A stretch of DNA of 64,000 bases, from NCBI GenBank assembly GCA_039586365.1, contig JBDHKN010000017.1, forward strand, positions 1 through 64,000, read 5' to 3'. Position 1 is the stretch's first letter. Every line of letters begins with the position of its first letter. A model generated the notes under the pieces. That model searched no databases. It worked only from the letters and a program-made list of their open reading frames with translations, and was not told where the DNA came from. Positions 28,283 to 38,474 of this stretch are shown here, one piece after another. A program made the position numbers and the translations under genes. The DNA comes from Gemmatimonadota bacterium (lineage in GTDB: Bacteria; Gemmatimonadota; Gemmatimonadetes; Gemmatimonadales; GWC2-71-9).

Positions 28283-30037
28283 ATGGAGAACATCGAGATA
28301 GCAGGTGTCCTGACGGACGTTGCGGACCTGCTCGAAATACAGGGAGCAAACCCGTTCCGAGTTCGTGCCTACCGCAACGCCGCCCAAACCGTTGAGGAGC
28401 ACGGTACCCCACTCCGCAAGCTCGTTGACGAAGGGGTAGATCTCACCGAGTTGCCCGGTATCGGCAAAGACATAGCGCAGCATATTGGGGAGTTGGTGAA
28501 GGTGGGGAAACTCACGCTGCTATCCCACCTGGCCGAGGAAATCCCAGTGTCTCTCATCGAGCTGACGCGGTTACCGGGGCTTGGTGCGAGACGGACAAGA
28601 AAGCTGTGGGAGGAGTTGGGTATCGAAACCCTAACCGAATTGGAGGATGCCGCAAGGGCATGTCGAGTCGAGGGGCTCGCTGGTTTCGGTAAGAAGACGC
28701 AATCCAAGATCCTAGTTGCGATCGAGCGGTACCGCCACCGTCAGGGCCGCATGAAGCTGGGCGACGCCGATCAACATGTGCACCCTTTGGTTGAGTACAT
28801 GCGCGGCAATGAAGCTGTCAGGGAGATCGAGGTGGCAGGCAGCTATCGCCGGCGGAAGGAGACGGTCAGAGACATCGACCTTTTGGTCGTCGCGGTAGAG
28901 CCCGGCGCGGTAACGGAACACTTCGTGGCATATCCGGATGTCAGGAAGGTGCAGAGTTCCGGCGACACCCGCAGCAGCGTGGTACTCAGTTCCGGCCTGC
29001 AGGTCGACCTCAGGGTTGTCCGCCCAGAGAGCTATGGGGCCGCATTGGTCTATTTCACGGGATCCAAGGAACACAACGTGAAGCTCCGCACGCGGGCGGT
29101 TCGGCAGGGCTTGAGGGTGTCAGAGTACGGTGTCTTTCGTGGCGGAGACGAAGCTGCTGACAGTGGTGATCCGTGGGCGGGAGAGTTCGTAGCCGGTGGA
29201 GAGGAAGCAGAGGTCTACAGTGTTGTGGAGTTGGACTGGATACCGCCTGAGCTGAGAGAGAATCGCGGTGAGATAGAGGCTGCGGAGCGGCACGCACTAC
29301 CCCAGCTACTGGTTCTGGGCGACATCAGGGGTGATCTGCAGATGCACTCCACCTGGTCCGACGGGAAAGAGTCCATTGAGACCATGCTCGAAGCCTGTGC
29401 GGCCCGTGGCTATGAGTACTTCGCCATCACCGACCACAGCAAGGCCCTGGCCATGACAGGAGGTCTTGATGCAGCGAAGCTACGTGAGCAGTGGGTCGAG
29501 ATCGTTGAGGTGACAGATAGGCACAGTGAGATCCGTCTGCTGCGGGGCATGGAGGTCGACATCCTTGTTGATGGCCGGCTTGACCTCGAGGACGAGATGC
29601 TAGCCGAACTGGATATCGTTCTGGCGTCGATCCACTCACGCTTCGACTTGGAACCAGCGGAGCAGACGGAGCGCATTTTGAGGGCGGTTCAACACCCCCA
29701 AGTGAACATTCTCGCGCATCCTACCGGGCGTCAGATCAATAGACGTGATCCGATGCAGTTTGATCTCGACGCTGTCCTGCAATGTGCCACGGAGAACAGT
29801 GTGGCCATCGAGATCAACGCCCATCCTGACCGCCTGGATTTGAACGACGTGCATGTCATACAGGCACGGGAGCACGGCTGTAGCTTCGTTATCAGTACAG
29901 ACGCTCACAGAGTGTCAGATCTCGACCTGATGCGATACGGTGTTGAACAGGCGAGGAGGGGGTGGTTAGAAAAAAGACACGTGTTGAATGCTCTCTCCTA
30001 CGAAAGGCTGGTGAAACTGTTGGACAAGAGACGGTAG
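28283..30037 (+). CDS. polX: DNA polymerase X with PHP exonuclease domain
   Basis: NPFRVRAY, GSYRRRKETVRDID, YFTGSKEHN, PPELRE, PHP motifs (MHS, TDH, H, HP, DAH). Confidence 0.96.
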   Translation: MENIEIAGVLTDVADLLEIQGANPFRVRAYRNAAQTVEEHGTPLRKLVDEGVDLTELPGIGKDIAQHIGELVKVGKLTLLSHLAEEIPVSLIELTRLPGLGARRTRKLWEELGIETLTELEDAARACRVEGLAGFGKKTQSKILVAIERYRHRQGRMKLGDADQHVHPLVEYMRGNEAVREIEVAGSYRRRKETVRDIDLLVVAVEPGAVTEHFVAYPDVRKVQSSGDTRSSVVLSSGLQVDLRVVRPESYGAALVYFTGSKEHNVKLRTRAVRQGLRVSEYGVFRGGDEAADSGDPWAGEFVAGGEEAEVYSVVELDWIPPELRENRGEIEAAERHALPQLLVLGDIRGDLQMHSTWSDGKESIETMLEACAARGYEYFAITDHSKALAMTGGLDAAKLREQWVEIVEVTDRHSEIRLLRGMEVDILVDGRLDLEDEMLAELDIVLASIHSRFDLEPAEQTERILRAVQHPQVNILAHPTGRQINRRDPMQFDLDAVLQCATENSVAIEINAHPDRLDLNDVHVIQAREHGCSFVISTDAHRVSDLDLMRYGVEQARRGWLEKRHVLNALSYERLVKLLDKRR

Positions 30038-30146
30038 GAGCGGAAGGTCTAGCGGTTGAGCGACTGCGATCTCAGTTTGGATCCGCCCTCCGTGTACTGT
30101 GCTCGTCACGGCGTGCGCAACGGATCTCATCGAAGGGAGCAATGGA

Positions 30147-30332
30147 ATGGGTGATATCACCGTGATCAAAGATGGTCCCTACCACATCACCGGTGTATCG
30201 GACCTCAAGGACTCAGACGGCAACGCTTTTGAGGCGGGTGACGAAGTCTGGTTGTGCCGCTGTGGTCGATCGGGCAGGAAACCGTTTTGCGATGGCACCC
30301 ACAAGAAGGTTGGCTTTAAGGATGAGCCGTAG
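30147..30332 (+). CDS. CDGSH iron-sulfur domain protein
   Basis: DGPY, LCRCGRS..KPFCDGTH. Confidence 0.9.
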   Translation: MGDITVIKDGPYHITGVSDLKDSDGNAFEAGDEVWLCRCGRSGRKPFCDGTHKKVGFKDEP

Positions 30333-30399
30333 GTACTTTCTCTCAACCTTTGGTACTGATCAGTATTCTCTGTGTCACTGACATGAAGACGAGGTAACC

Positions 30400-31149
30400 G
30401 TGAAGATAGCTGTCTGCGTGAAGCGGGTCCCGGACACGGAAACCCGCATCAAGGTTGGCGCCGATGGGAAATCTATCGACGAGAGCGGAGTGAAGTTCGT
30501 ATTGAATCCGTTCGATGAGTATGCCGTCGAAGAGGCACTCAAGCTCAAAGAGCAGTCGAGTGGCGAAGTCGTAGTCGTGAGTGTTGGCAGCGATGCGTCG
30601 CAGGAGACGATCCGAACGGCCCTCGCGATGGGGGCGGACCGCGGTGTGTTGCTCAAAGCAGAAACACGGCCGCTGGATCCGCTCGCCACGGCTCAGGTAC
30701 TCGCTGCAGAGCTCCGACAGGGTGGCTACGACATCATCCTGTTCGGAAAGCAGGCAATAGACGACTACAGCCACGCGGTCGGCACGATGGTCGCGGAGCT
30801 AATGGGATTGCCTTCAGTCAGTGCTATCACGACCCTTGAAATTGGCGATCTGAAGGGGACCGCGGAGCGAGAGGTGGAAGGTGCAGTAGAAGTGGTCGAG
30901 TTCTCTCTCCCAGTTGTCCTGACGGCGGAAAAGGGCTTGAACGAACCCCGATATCCTGCGTTGCGCGGAATCATGCTCGCCAAGAAGAAACCGTTGGAAG
31001 TCAAAGAAGTCGAGTTGGATCTTGGGGGGATCGAGGTGCTGGAGCTGGCGCTGCCGGCCTCACGCAAGGAGGGTCGGATAGTCGGCGAAGGTGCCGAAGC
31101 CGTACCGGCCCTGGTTGATGCACTCAAGAACGAAGCGAAGGTGCTCTGA
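30400..31149 (+). CDS. etfB: Electron transfer flavoprotein beta subunit
   Basis: VCVKRVPD, NPFDEYAVEEA, ALAMGAD, GKQAID, NEPRYP. Confidence 0.96.
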   Translation: MKIAVCVKRVPDTETRIKVGADGKSIDESGVKFVLNPFDEYAVEEALKLKEQSSGEVVVVSVGSDASQETIRTALAMGADRGVLLKAETRPLDPLATAQVLAAELRQGGYDIILFGKQAIDDYSHAVGTMVAELMGLPSVSAITTLEIGDLKGTAEREVEGAVEVVEFSLPVVLTAEKGLNEPRYPALRGIMLAKKKPLEVKEVELDLGGIEVLELALPASRKEGRIVGEGAEAVPALVDALKNEAKVL

Positions 31150-32117
31150 TGGGTGATGTCATAGCGATACTAGAGCAGCGCAACGGTACTCTCAAGCGGG
31201 TCTGCAATGAGACGCTCACCGCAGCGCGAGCGCTAGCTGACGAGTTGAGCGGTGAAGTATATGCGCTTGTCATCGGACCACCCGGGGTGAGTGTAGACGG
31301 CCTCGGTGAATACGGAGCTGATAGAGTCCTGGTTTGCGCGGATAGCGCGCTTGAGCTCTACCAGGGCACGAGGTACGCTCAGATAGCAGCCGCGTTGGCT
31401 GGGAAGCACGAGTCTGAGGCGGTCGTGCTTGCCGCCACGGCTTTCGGCAAGGATCTGGGACCACGTATAGCTGCTAAGCTGGGTTGTCCGTTTGCTGGTG
31501 ATGTCACGAGTATTTCGGCAGGCGACGGAATCGTCGTCACGCGTCCGGCCTTCTCCGGCAAGGCAACGTTCAGACTCAAGATCGTGGCCCAGCGATGTGT
31601 GATTTCGATCCGGCCCAACGCCGTAACGCCTGTTGCGGTCGCTAAGGGAGGTGTGGTCGAACAAGTGACCCCTGGTGAAGGCGATGTGGTAGGAGCAACC
31701 ACCGTTGCGGTCAAGGAGCCGGAGAGAATGGCGCTGGACGTCGCGGAAGCCTCGGTTGTCGTTGCCGGGGGTCGTGGGCTCAAAGAGCCAGAGCACTTTC
31801 GTCTGATCGAAGAGCTAGCTGCGGTTCTTGACGGCGCTGTAGGAGCGTCTCGGGCGGTTGTCGATGCTGGGTGGCGGCCTCACTCGGAGCAGGTTGGTCA
31901 GACTGGAAAGACGGTGAGCCCGAACCTCTATATCGCTATCGGCCTCTCGGGAGCGATTCAGCACCTCGCCGGAATGCGGACCTCGAAGGTGATAGTAGCA
32001 ATCAATCGTGACAAGGACGCCCCGATATTCAAAGTCGCTGACTACGGCTTAGTGGGTGATCTGTTCGAGATTGTGCCTCGACTCACTGAGGAAGTCAAGA
32101 AGGTTCGCGGGAGCTGA
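31149..32117 (+). CDS. etfA: Electron transfer flavoprotein alpha subunit
   Basis: GGRGL, GASRAVVDAGW, QVGQTGK, GLSGAIQHLAG. Confidence 0.96.
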   Translation: MGDVIAILEQRNGTLKRVCNETLTAARALADELSGEVYALVIGPPGVSVDGLGEYGADRVLVCADSALELYQGTRYAQIAAALAGKHESEAVVLAATAFGKDLGPRIAAKLGCPFAGDVTSISAGDGIVVTRPAFSGKATFRLKIVAQRCVISIRPNAVTPVAVAKGGVVEQVTPGEGDVVGATTVAVKEPERMALDVAEASVVVAGGRGLKEPEHFRLIEELAAVLDGAVGASRAVVDAGWRPHSEQVGQTGKTVSPNLYIAIGLSGAIQHLAGMRTSKVIVAINRDKDAPIFKVADYGLVGDLFEIVPRLTEEVKKVRGS

Positions 32118-32121
32118 CGCC

Positions 32122-33783
32122 GTGAGCAAACAGGTTGTGGTCCCAGCGATATTCCAGGAGGCACTACCACGCGACCAGCTCATCTTGGACGGAGAACTCG
32201 ATGAAGAGCGCATCGACGTGGATGTGCTCTTCGTGGGCGGAGGCCCTGCCGGTCTGGCGGGAGCAGTCGCCCTCGCCCAGCTGGTCAGGCAAGGCAACGA
32301 AGCGGGTGAAGGACTGGGAGATGTAACCATCGGGGTGTTGGAGAAGGCTGGGGCGCTGGGCGAACACTCTCTGTCTGGAGCCGTTCTAAACCCAGGCCCG
32401 TTTCGAGAGCTGTTCCCTGATCTGGCAGATTCTGATTTCCCGTTTCGCACCCCGGTTGCCAAGGAAACGATCCATCTCCTCTCGGCGAAGGGGTCCACCC
32501 GTCTACCAACGCCACCTACGATGCGTAACCATGGGAACTTCGTGGTTTCGATATGCGAGGTGGTTAGGTGGTTGGGTGATAAGGCAGAAGAACTTGGTGT
32601 GGACATCTTCGCCGGGTTCCCAGCCGGTGCGCTGCGCGTCGCCGGAACGCGAGTCGTCGGAGTACGGACCGTTGCGTCCGGACTGGAGAGAGACGGGAAC
32701 CCCGGGCCCAATTACATGCCCCCGACGGACATAGCGGCCAAGGTTACTGCCCTTGCAGAAGGATCTAGGGGACTTCTGTCGCAAGTCTACGCGGAGTGGC
32801 AGGGGATTGGATCGGCGAATCCCCAGGTCTTCGCGCTCGGCGTAAAGGAACTTTGGGAAACAAGGCAGCCGCTGGACAGGGTAATTCATACCATGGGATG
32901 GCCGCTGCAGAAGGACGCGTTCGGCGGAAGCTTCATGTATCCGCTGGAGCCGAATCTGATCGCCCTGGGGCTGGTGGTTGGACTCGACTACCGCAGTGCC
33001 GAGCTCGACGTGCACGAACTGCTCCAAATCATGAAACTGCATCCATCCTTCAGGCCATACCTGGAGGGGGGTGAGATGGTCGAGTGGGGCGCTAAGACCA
33101 TCCCTGAAGGTGGCTACCACGCAATCCCGGCGCGAAGGTGTGGGGATGGAGTCGTGATTCTCGGTGACTCGGCGGGCTTCGTGGACGTACCGTCACTCAA
33201 AGGGATCCACTACGCCATGCAGTCAGGCATTCTGGCTGCACGTGCGATCTATAAGGCGCTCAAGAACGGCGATGTGTCGCAGGGTGCGCTGGCGGAGTAC
33301 GATCGGTTGGTGGACGAGTCATATATCCTGCGCGACCTATACCGAACCCGCAACATGCGGCCTGCATTCAAGCACGGTTTCTACTCGGGGGCTGTTCGAG
33401 CGGGCCTTATGGCGCTAACGAAGGGTCGGTTTCCAGGCCGCAGAATCGAGATGGAGGCAGATGCACGGGTGCCGCGGCGGGTTGAGACTCCCAAGGGCTT
33501 CACCCCCGACGGAGAACTGACTTTCAGCAAGGTTGATGCGGTGTTCAAATCGGGCAACGTGACTCGCGACACGATACCCTCCCATCTTGTCGTGGGCGGC
33601 GACGTGAGCGCGGATGTGGCCGAGTTCTACGCTCGCATGTGCCCGGCCGGCGTTTACGAGCGGCTGGCCGATGAGTTGCAGGTCAACGCACCGAACTGCG
33701 TCGATTGCAAGGCTACAGACGTGCTGGGCCCTCGCTGGCAGCCAAGGGAGGGTGGATCCGGACCGGTTTACAGGAGGATGTGA
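32122..33783 (+). CDS. ETF:quinone oxidoreductase
   Basis: GGGPAGL, HSLSGAV, HTMGWP, GAKTIPEGG, KGIHYAM, C-terminal CPAGVY...NCVDC...EGGSGP.Y. Confidence 0.93.
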   Translation: MSKQVVVPAIFQEALPRDQLILDGELDEERIDVDVLFVGGGPAGLAGAVALAQLVRQGNEAGEGLGDVTIGVLEKAGALGEHSLSGAVLNPGPFRELFPDLADSDFPFRTPVAKETIHLLSAKGSTRLPTPPTMRNHGNFVVSICEVVRWLGDKAEELGVDIFAGFPAGALRVAGTRVVGVRTVASGLERDGNPGPNYMPPTDIAAKVTALAEGSRGLLSQVYAEWQGIGSANPQVFALGVKELWETRQPLDRVIHTMGWPLQKDAFGGSFMYPLEPNLIALGLVVGLDYRSAELDVHELLQIMKLHPSFRPYLEGGEMVEWGAKTIPEGGYHAIPARRCGDGVVILGDSAGFVDVPSLKGIHYAMQSGILAARAIYKALKNGDVSQGALAEYDRLVDESYILRDLYRTRNMRPAFKHGFYSGAVRAGLMALTKGRFPGRRIEMEADARVPRRVETPKGFTPDGELTFSKVDAVFKSGNVTRDTIPSHLVVGGDVSADVAEFYARMCPAGVYERLADELQVNAPNCVDCKATDVLGPRWQPREGGSGPVYRRM

Positions 33784-33833
33784 GAGGACCCTCGGTTCGC
33801 TTCAGTGCGAGGTCTGCAGGGTAGAGGGAAGTG

Positions 33834-35504
33834 CTACCTCCTCCGCTCGTCCATCAGAATCTGGTCGAATGGGTCGATGGTTGGCTCCAGGTGCGCAGGG
33901 ACACTCAGAGTGCCGCGCGCACCGGGCATCGGCACGCGGTGGATTTGCCGGCCAACCAGCACGTCCACCGGCAGGGGAAACTCAAGCCCACCCGGGATTT
34001 GCCAAGCTAGTTCCAGAGTATTCCCACGTCTGCTGCTCCTCAGGCGAGGCAATTGTGGCTGACGGACATAGACCTCGAAGAACCAGTCTAGCTCCAGGCC
34101 AGATATCTTCTCGGCCATAGCCAGGAAATCATCAGTCGTTGCGAACCGCGTTTGCCCACCGTCCGTCACGCTCTCCATCGCAGGATCTGGATAGGCCATC
34201 CGTCGCAGTATGTACCGGAAGTCCTCGTCGCCAACGAGATAGCGCAGGGTATGGAGTACCCAGGCACCTTTGAAGTAGATGTCGCCGCCGTAGATTTGCT
34301 TGGCTGACCTGGATTGGCGCGGCGCTAGTGCAGAGCGGTTCGAGATATTGTGCCGCAAGTTTGCGAGGTACTCTCGAGCAGCATCCACTCCTTGCGATTG
34401 CTCCAGGTACAGTGGCTGCATGTAGGACCCAAAACCCTCGTGGAGCCACATGTCGCTCCAATCTGAGTTGGTCACTAGGTTTCCCCACCACTCGTGCGAC
34501 AGTTCGTGGTGGTGCAGAGCATCAAACCCCCAGTCGACTCCATCAGTCATAGCCCCATTCATGAACTTGCCACCGTAGGCTATGATAGTCTGGTGCTCCA
34601 TCCCGAGATGCGGAGTCTCGACAACGCCGTACTTGTCAGCCCGAAACGGATATGGACCTGCCACGTCCTCGAAAAACCGTAAGTGGTCGAGAATCTCGGG
34701 GAGAAGGCGTGCTGCCTTCTCATAGCTCTGCGGCAGGGTCCAGAATACAACCGGGAACACTTCGCCGGTGATGCTTGTGAAGCTGTCCTCGACCGCGCGG
34801 TAAGGTGCGATATTCAGAGCGACGTTGTAGCTGTTGATCGGAGTTGAGACAAACCAGTGGTAGGTACTGGTGTGGTCCGGGTGATGGTCCACCCCCGTCA
34901 ACCTCCCGTTGCTCGCGACCACCAACGGGTCAGGGACAGTGACGTGAAGCGCCATCGAGTCGGGCTCATCTGAGGGATGATCCTTGCTGGGCCACCAGAT
35001 GTCCGGCCCCTCCTGTTGGCAGGTTGTTGCGATCCAAGGTTCTCCGCTGGGGGTCCTCGACCAAGTGAATCCCCCGCTCCATGGCGGATTCGGCGCAATG
35101 CGCGGCTTGCCACCGTAGGTCACTTGAACGGTGATCCGGTCACCGATGGTCCTGGTCCCAGGCAGTTCGATCCAGGTCTTCCCGCGACGCCGCTCGAAAG
35201 TCAGAGAGGTTCCCGATGCGGTGGGGGCCTGCAAAACGACCTCCCCGATGCCGAGCCGCTCATCGAGATCGAGTACCAGCTGATCCAACCGGGCGATTAC
35301 GTCGGCCACGACTGTGAGGGTCCCGGCAATGGTGCTGTCCGAGGGTGTCACTCGCAGCCTGAGGTCGTAGAACGTGACGTCATAAGCAGCCTGTTCCGGT
35401 ATTAGGGGCCCACCCGAATCGTAGGTGCCAACCTGAGAAACCGGGCTACGAGGCGCTATGGCCGCGACTAGTATCGACAGAAGAACGACTGACATTGATC
35501 TCAT
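33834..35504 (-). CDS. M1 family metallopeptidase, secreted
   Basis: Signal peptide; GMEHQT, HELSHEWWGN...WLHEGF, YFKGAWVLH. Confidence 0.93.
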   Translation of the reverse strand: MRSMSVVLLSILVAAIAPRSPVSQVGTYDSGGPLIPEQAAYDVTFYDLRLRVTPSDSTIAGTLTVVADVIARLDQLVLDLDERLGIGEVVLQAPTASGTSLTFERRRGKTWIELPGTRTIGDRITVQVTYGGKPRIAPNPPWSGGFTWSRTPSGEPWIATTCQQEGPDIWWPSKDHPSDEPDSMALHVTVPDPLVVASNGRLTGVDHHPDHTSTYHWFVSTPINSYNVALNIAPYRAVEDSFTSITGEVFPVVFWTLPQSYEKAARLLPEILDHLRFFEDVAGPYPFRADKYGVVETPHLGMEHQTIIAYGGKFMNGAMTDGVDWGFDALHHHELSHEWWGNLVTNSDWSDMWLHEGFGSYMQPLYLEQSQGVDAAREYLANLRHNISNRSALAPRQSRSAKQIYGGDIYFKGAWVLHTLRYLVGDEDFRYILRRMAYPDPAMESVTDGGQTRFATTDDFLAMAEKISGLELDWFFEVYVRQPQLPRLRSSRRGNTLELAWQIPGGLEFPLPVDVLVGRQIHRVPMPGARGTLSVPAHLEPTIDPFDQILMDERRR

Positions 35505-35526
35505 CGTGCTCGCCCGCCGTGTTCAA

Positions 35527-37011
35527 TCACTCAGACTTGCAGGTGCGCGTGATCCTACTGACCGCAAGCATCACAATCAGACATAGAAAGATGGGCAATA
35601 TGCTCGGGTAGCGTGGCCCGAGCACCTGACCCAGAAGAGCGTTTCCACTACTGCCTAACAGGGTTCTGAGCAGACTGCCACCGTGCATCTCACCGAGTAT
35701 GGCGGTAGTACCACCCACCACGACGGCCCACATTGCACCAGTAGACGTGATACCGAGCCGGCCTCGGTAGAGGCTTGCCAGGGTTGGGAACACTACTCCT
35801 CCCACAAATACGGTGTAACCCAGTAGTAGGGACGCAATGATCTCTTGTTGGAAGCCAGCAATCAACCACGCAACCAATCCAACTCCGATCAGTGCAACCT
35901 TGGTGAGCATCAGTTGCCGTGGTCGTGACATGGGCTTGCACGCACCAGCAACGTTGAGAGACAGGATGGTTGACGCAGAAATAAGCGTCGTGTCTGCCGA
36001 GGACATGATGGCGGCCAGGAATCCGGCTGTGATCAGACCGGTGAGTCCCACTGGTACTAGTTCCCGCAGAGCTGTGGGCAAGGCAGCCTCCGGGGCTAGG
36101 CTTGGGTACTGTGCGCGAATCAAGACCCCGAGTAGCGCTAAGAAGAAGGAAATGGGAATGACAACGGCGGCGGCAAGTAGCGCGGACCGTTTGGCAGCGG
36201 CATCATCCCGAGCGCAGAATATTCGGGAGTAGATGTCGGGTCCCACTAGGTAAGGCAACCCCACAACGAGCGGATAGAAGACCACCAGATCGTACCACCC
36301 AAATTGCTCCGAAATCGGAAATCGTAGGTGCTCGCTCGGCGCAGATGCGAAGCTGGACAGAAGTCCGTCCTGGGCCGCGAGGGCGACAACAGCAAAACAG
36401 GTCAGCAGTCCACCCAAGAACAACGCAAGCTGCCAAGAATCGGTTCTGATGACCGATAGCTGTCCCCCCCAGAACGTGTACAGGACAAACACTGCAGCTA
36501 CCACAGTGAGTACCGAACTGAAATCAAGCGGGGAAATACTGCTCAGGAGTCGAGCCGCCGCAATCATTTGGGCAGACACTATGCCGCACCAGGCTATCAC
36601 GATCATGATTGCAGCCGGGACCGCCACTTGGTTGCCGAACGCCCTCTTCAGGATGTCTGGTAGCGTGTAGACATTGAGCGATCTTACACGAGCCGCGAGG
36701 ACTAGCCCAAATGGAAGGAGTGCTGCCGCTCCTATCAGCGACCACCACGCTGCAGTGAGGCCGCGCGAGTAGCCCATGCCAATGATACCGATGGTCGAAG
36801 ATGCTCCGAAGATGGTGGCAACAAGGGAGATCGTGATTCGTCGGGTTCCGTATTGACGCCGTGCCACCCAATACGACTCCGCGGACTGGCCACGAGAGAG
36901 CCAGCCCACTAGAAGCATGACAAACAGGTATCCACCTACGATGATTGCATCGACCACGGTCGGAACGCCGGCTTCTCCTAGCTGAATTCGCGCACGGAGA
37001 TCATTTGACAA
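35527..37011 (-). CDS. Sodium:solute symporter family protein
   Basis: SLVAT.FG, YTF.GG..SV..TD..Q, AAIMSSADT; about 13 TM; real start may be GTG at 36957. Confidence 0.9.
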   Translation of the reverse strand: MSNDLRARIQLGEAGVPTVVDAIIVGGYLFVMLLVGWLSRGQSAESYWVARRQYGTRRITISLVATIFGASSTIGIIGMGYSRGLTAAWWSLIGAAALLPFGLVLAARVRSLNVYTLPDILKRAFGNQVAVPAAIMIVIAWCGIVSAQMIAAARLLSSISPLDFSSVLTVVAAVFVLYTFWGGQLSVIRTDSWQLALFLGGLLTCFAVVALAAQDGLLSSFASAPSEHLRFPISEQFGWYDLVVFYPLVVGLPYLVGPDIYSRIFCARDDAAAKRSALLAAAVVIPISFFLALLGVLIRAQYPSLAPEAALPTALRELVPVGLTGLITAGFLAAIMSSADTTLISASTILSLNVAGACKPMSRPRQLMLTKVALIGVGLVAWLIAGFQQEIIASLLLGYTVFVGGVVFPTLASLYRGRLGITSTGAMWAVVVGGTTAILGEMHGGSLLRTLLGSSGNALLGQVLGPRYPSILPIFLCLIVMLAVSRITRTCKSE

Positions 37012-37081
37012 ACGCCCTTTGTGTCTCCACCCTCATGGGGACCATCACGATTCTCATGGAACACAACCTGCTATAAAGGCA

Positions 37082-38050
37082 ATGGTAAGCTTCACCGACA
37101 GCATCGGCTTTGCTGAGCGTGTCACCGGAGTGGCAGCTAGTCGTTGGTCGGCGCCCAGTCCAACGCTGGTCTCGGAAGTCCTGCGGCTCAGTGAGAGCAT
37201 CTATGGCGGCGCCGCGTTCCATGAATCTACATTCGAAATCGGACCGTTGTGGAACTACCTGTTCCTCGTCGAGGCGGCGTCCCATTCACATTTCGACCGC
37301 CTCGTGGAGCTCGGTCGCCGAGGGTCAGTCCTTCCTTCAGGGATCCTGTGCTTGGCTGGCTCGGGGAAACAATTCCACGGCTTCAATGGTCGGCCCTGGT
37401 CCGCTCCGCCAGGCAACATCTATTTGGCAGTATATCTAGCTCCGCACCAGCCGATCGACCACGCAGGTACAGCCTTCACAGTTCTGGCCGCAGTCTCGGT
37501 ATTGGACGCGATAGACGATGTGCCCGCACTGCATGGCCGAGCAGGAATCAAGTGGGTTAATGACGTCTTGATAGACAACGCCAAGGTGGCGGGTGTGCTC
37601 GCTTACACGCAAAGTGAAGGAGATGCCATTACGGGAGTGGTGTTGGGTATTGGATTGAACGTGGAGACGACGCCACTTGTCGAATCCACACCTTTCGTGC
37701 CACGAGTTGGTTCTCTCCGTGAGTTTGTCCCCGAGGCCGAGCGCTGCGACCAACACATGGTATTCCAGCGACTCATTATCGCCCTGGAGTCGAACTACAG
37801 CACTCTGGTGGGTGGCGACTACGCGGTTCTCTTGGATCGATATCGGCAACGTTCCGTGGCAGTAGATCGCCATGTGACGCTCTGTTCTGAAGCGTCTGCT
37901 GGTGATGAAGGAGTGGTTGCAAGGGGTCGAGTCATAGGCTTGAGCGATGATTTGGCGCTGGAAATCGAGGGCCATGACAAACCGTTTTCGAAAGGTAGGT
38001 TGATACTAGATCCGGGCCTGCGAAGCCAATCCGAACTGGGGCGGCAGTGA
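37082..38050 (+). CDS. Biotin protein ligase-like protein (atypical biotin-binding loop, no HTH)
   Basis: GRPWSAPPGNIYL, IKWVNDV, KVAGVL, GIGLNV. Confidence 0.82.
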   Translation: MVSFTDSIGFAERVTGVAASRWSAPSPTLVSEVLRLSESIYGGAAFHESTFEIGPLWNYLFLVEAASHSHFDRLVELGRRGSVLPSGILCLAGSGKQFHGFNGRPWSAPPGNIYLAVYLAPHQPIDHAGTAFTVLAAVSVLDAIDDVPALHGRAGIKWVNDVLIDNAKVAGVLAYTQSEGDAITGVVLGIGLNVETTPLVESTPFVPRVGSLREFVPEAERCDQHMVFQRLIIALESNYSTLVGGDYAVLLDRYRQRSVAVDRHVTLCSEASAGDEGVVARGRVIGLSDDLALEIEGHDKPFSKGRLILDPGLRSQSELGRQ

Positions 38051-38261
38051 CCTCTTGGCAGGACCCCAACCGGAGATTAGATAACGTGGGGAACAGCGGC
38101 ATCTCATAGTGCCTACCGAGCGTTTCGGTCGGTCGGGCAGCGAATCTAGTGTTGAAGGCCTGTCGGAGCTTCCGACCGAATGCTCCCTTTAGAGGATTCG
38201 ACGGCTCCGCGTGACTCGTTATGAGACGCTGTGGAGTTCCACAGACAAGGGAGAGACGATA

Positions 38262-38474
38262 ATGGGGCCCCCTAATATGCTGTTGATTTGTGTCTCGGCA
38301 TTCACTGCCGTATTTGTGCTGCTAACATTGCTGGCCCTGGCAATGCGCAGTCTCATCGCTGTCTTCCCGGAGAGATTGGCAAAGGTCGATCCGGCCCTGC
38401 TAGCCGCCGTGAGCGCTACTGTCTCGGCCGTATTCCCGGGAACCAAGATCACGAGAGTCGAGGAGGAAAAATGA
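38262..38474 (+). CDS. oadG: OadG-like gamma subunit of Na+-translocating decarboxylase
   Basis: Single TM (AVFVLLTLLAL) plus AAVSATV motif; stop overlaps oadA start (ATGA). Confidence 0.7.
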   Translation: MGPPNMLLICVSAFTAVFVLLTLLALAMRSLIAVFPERLAKVDPALLAAVSATVSAVFPGTKITRVEEEK

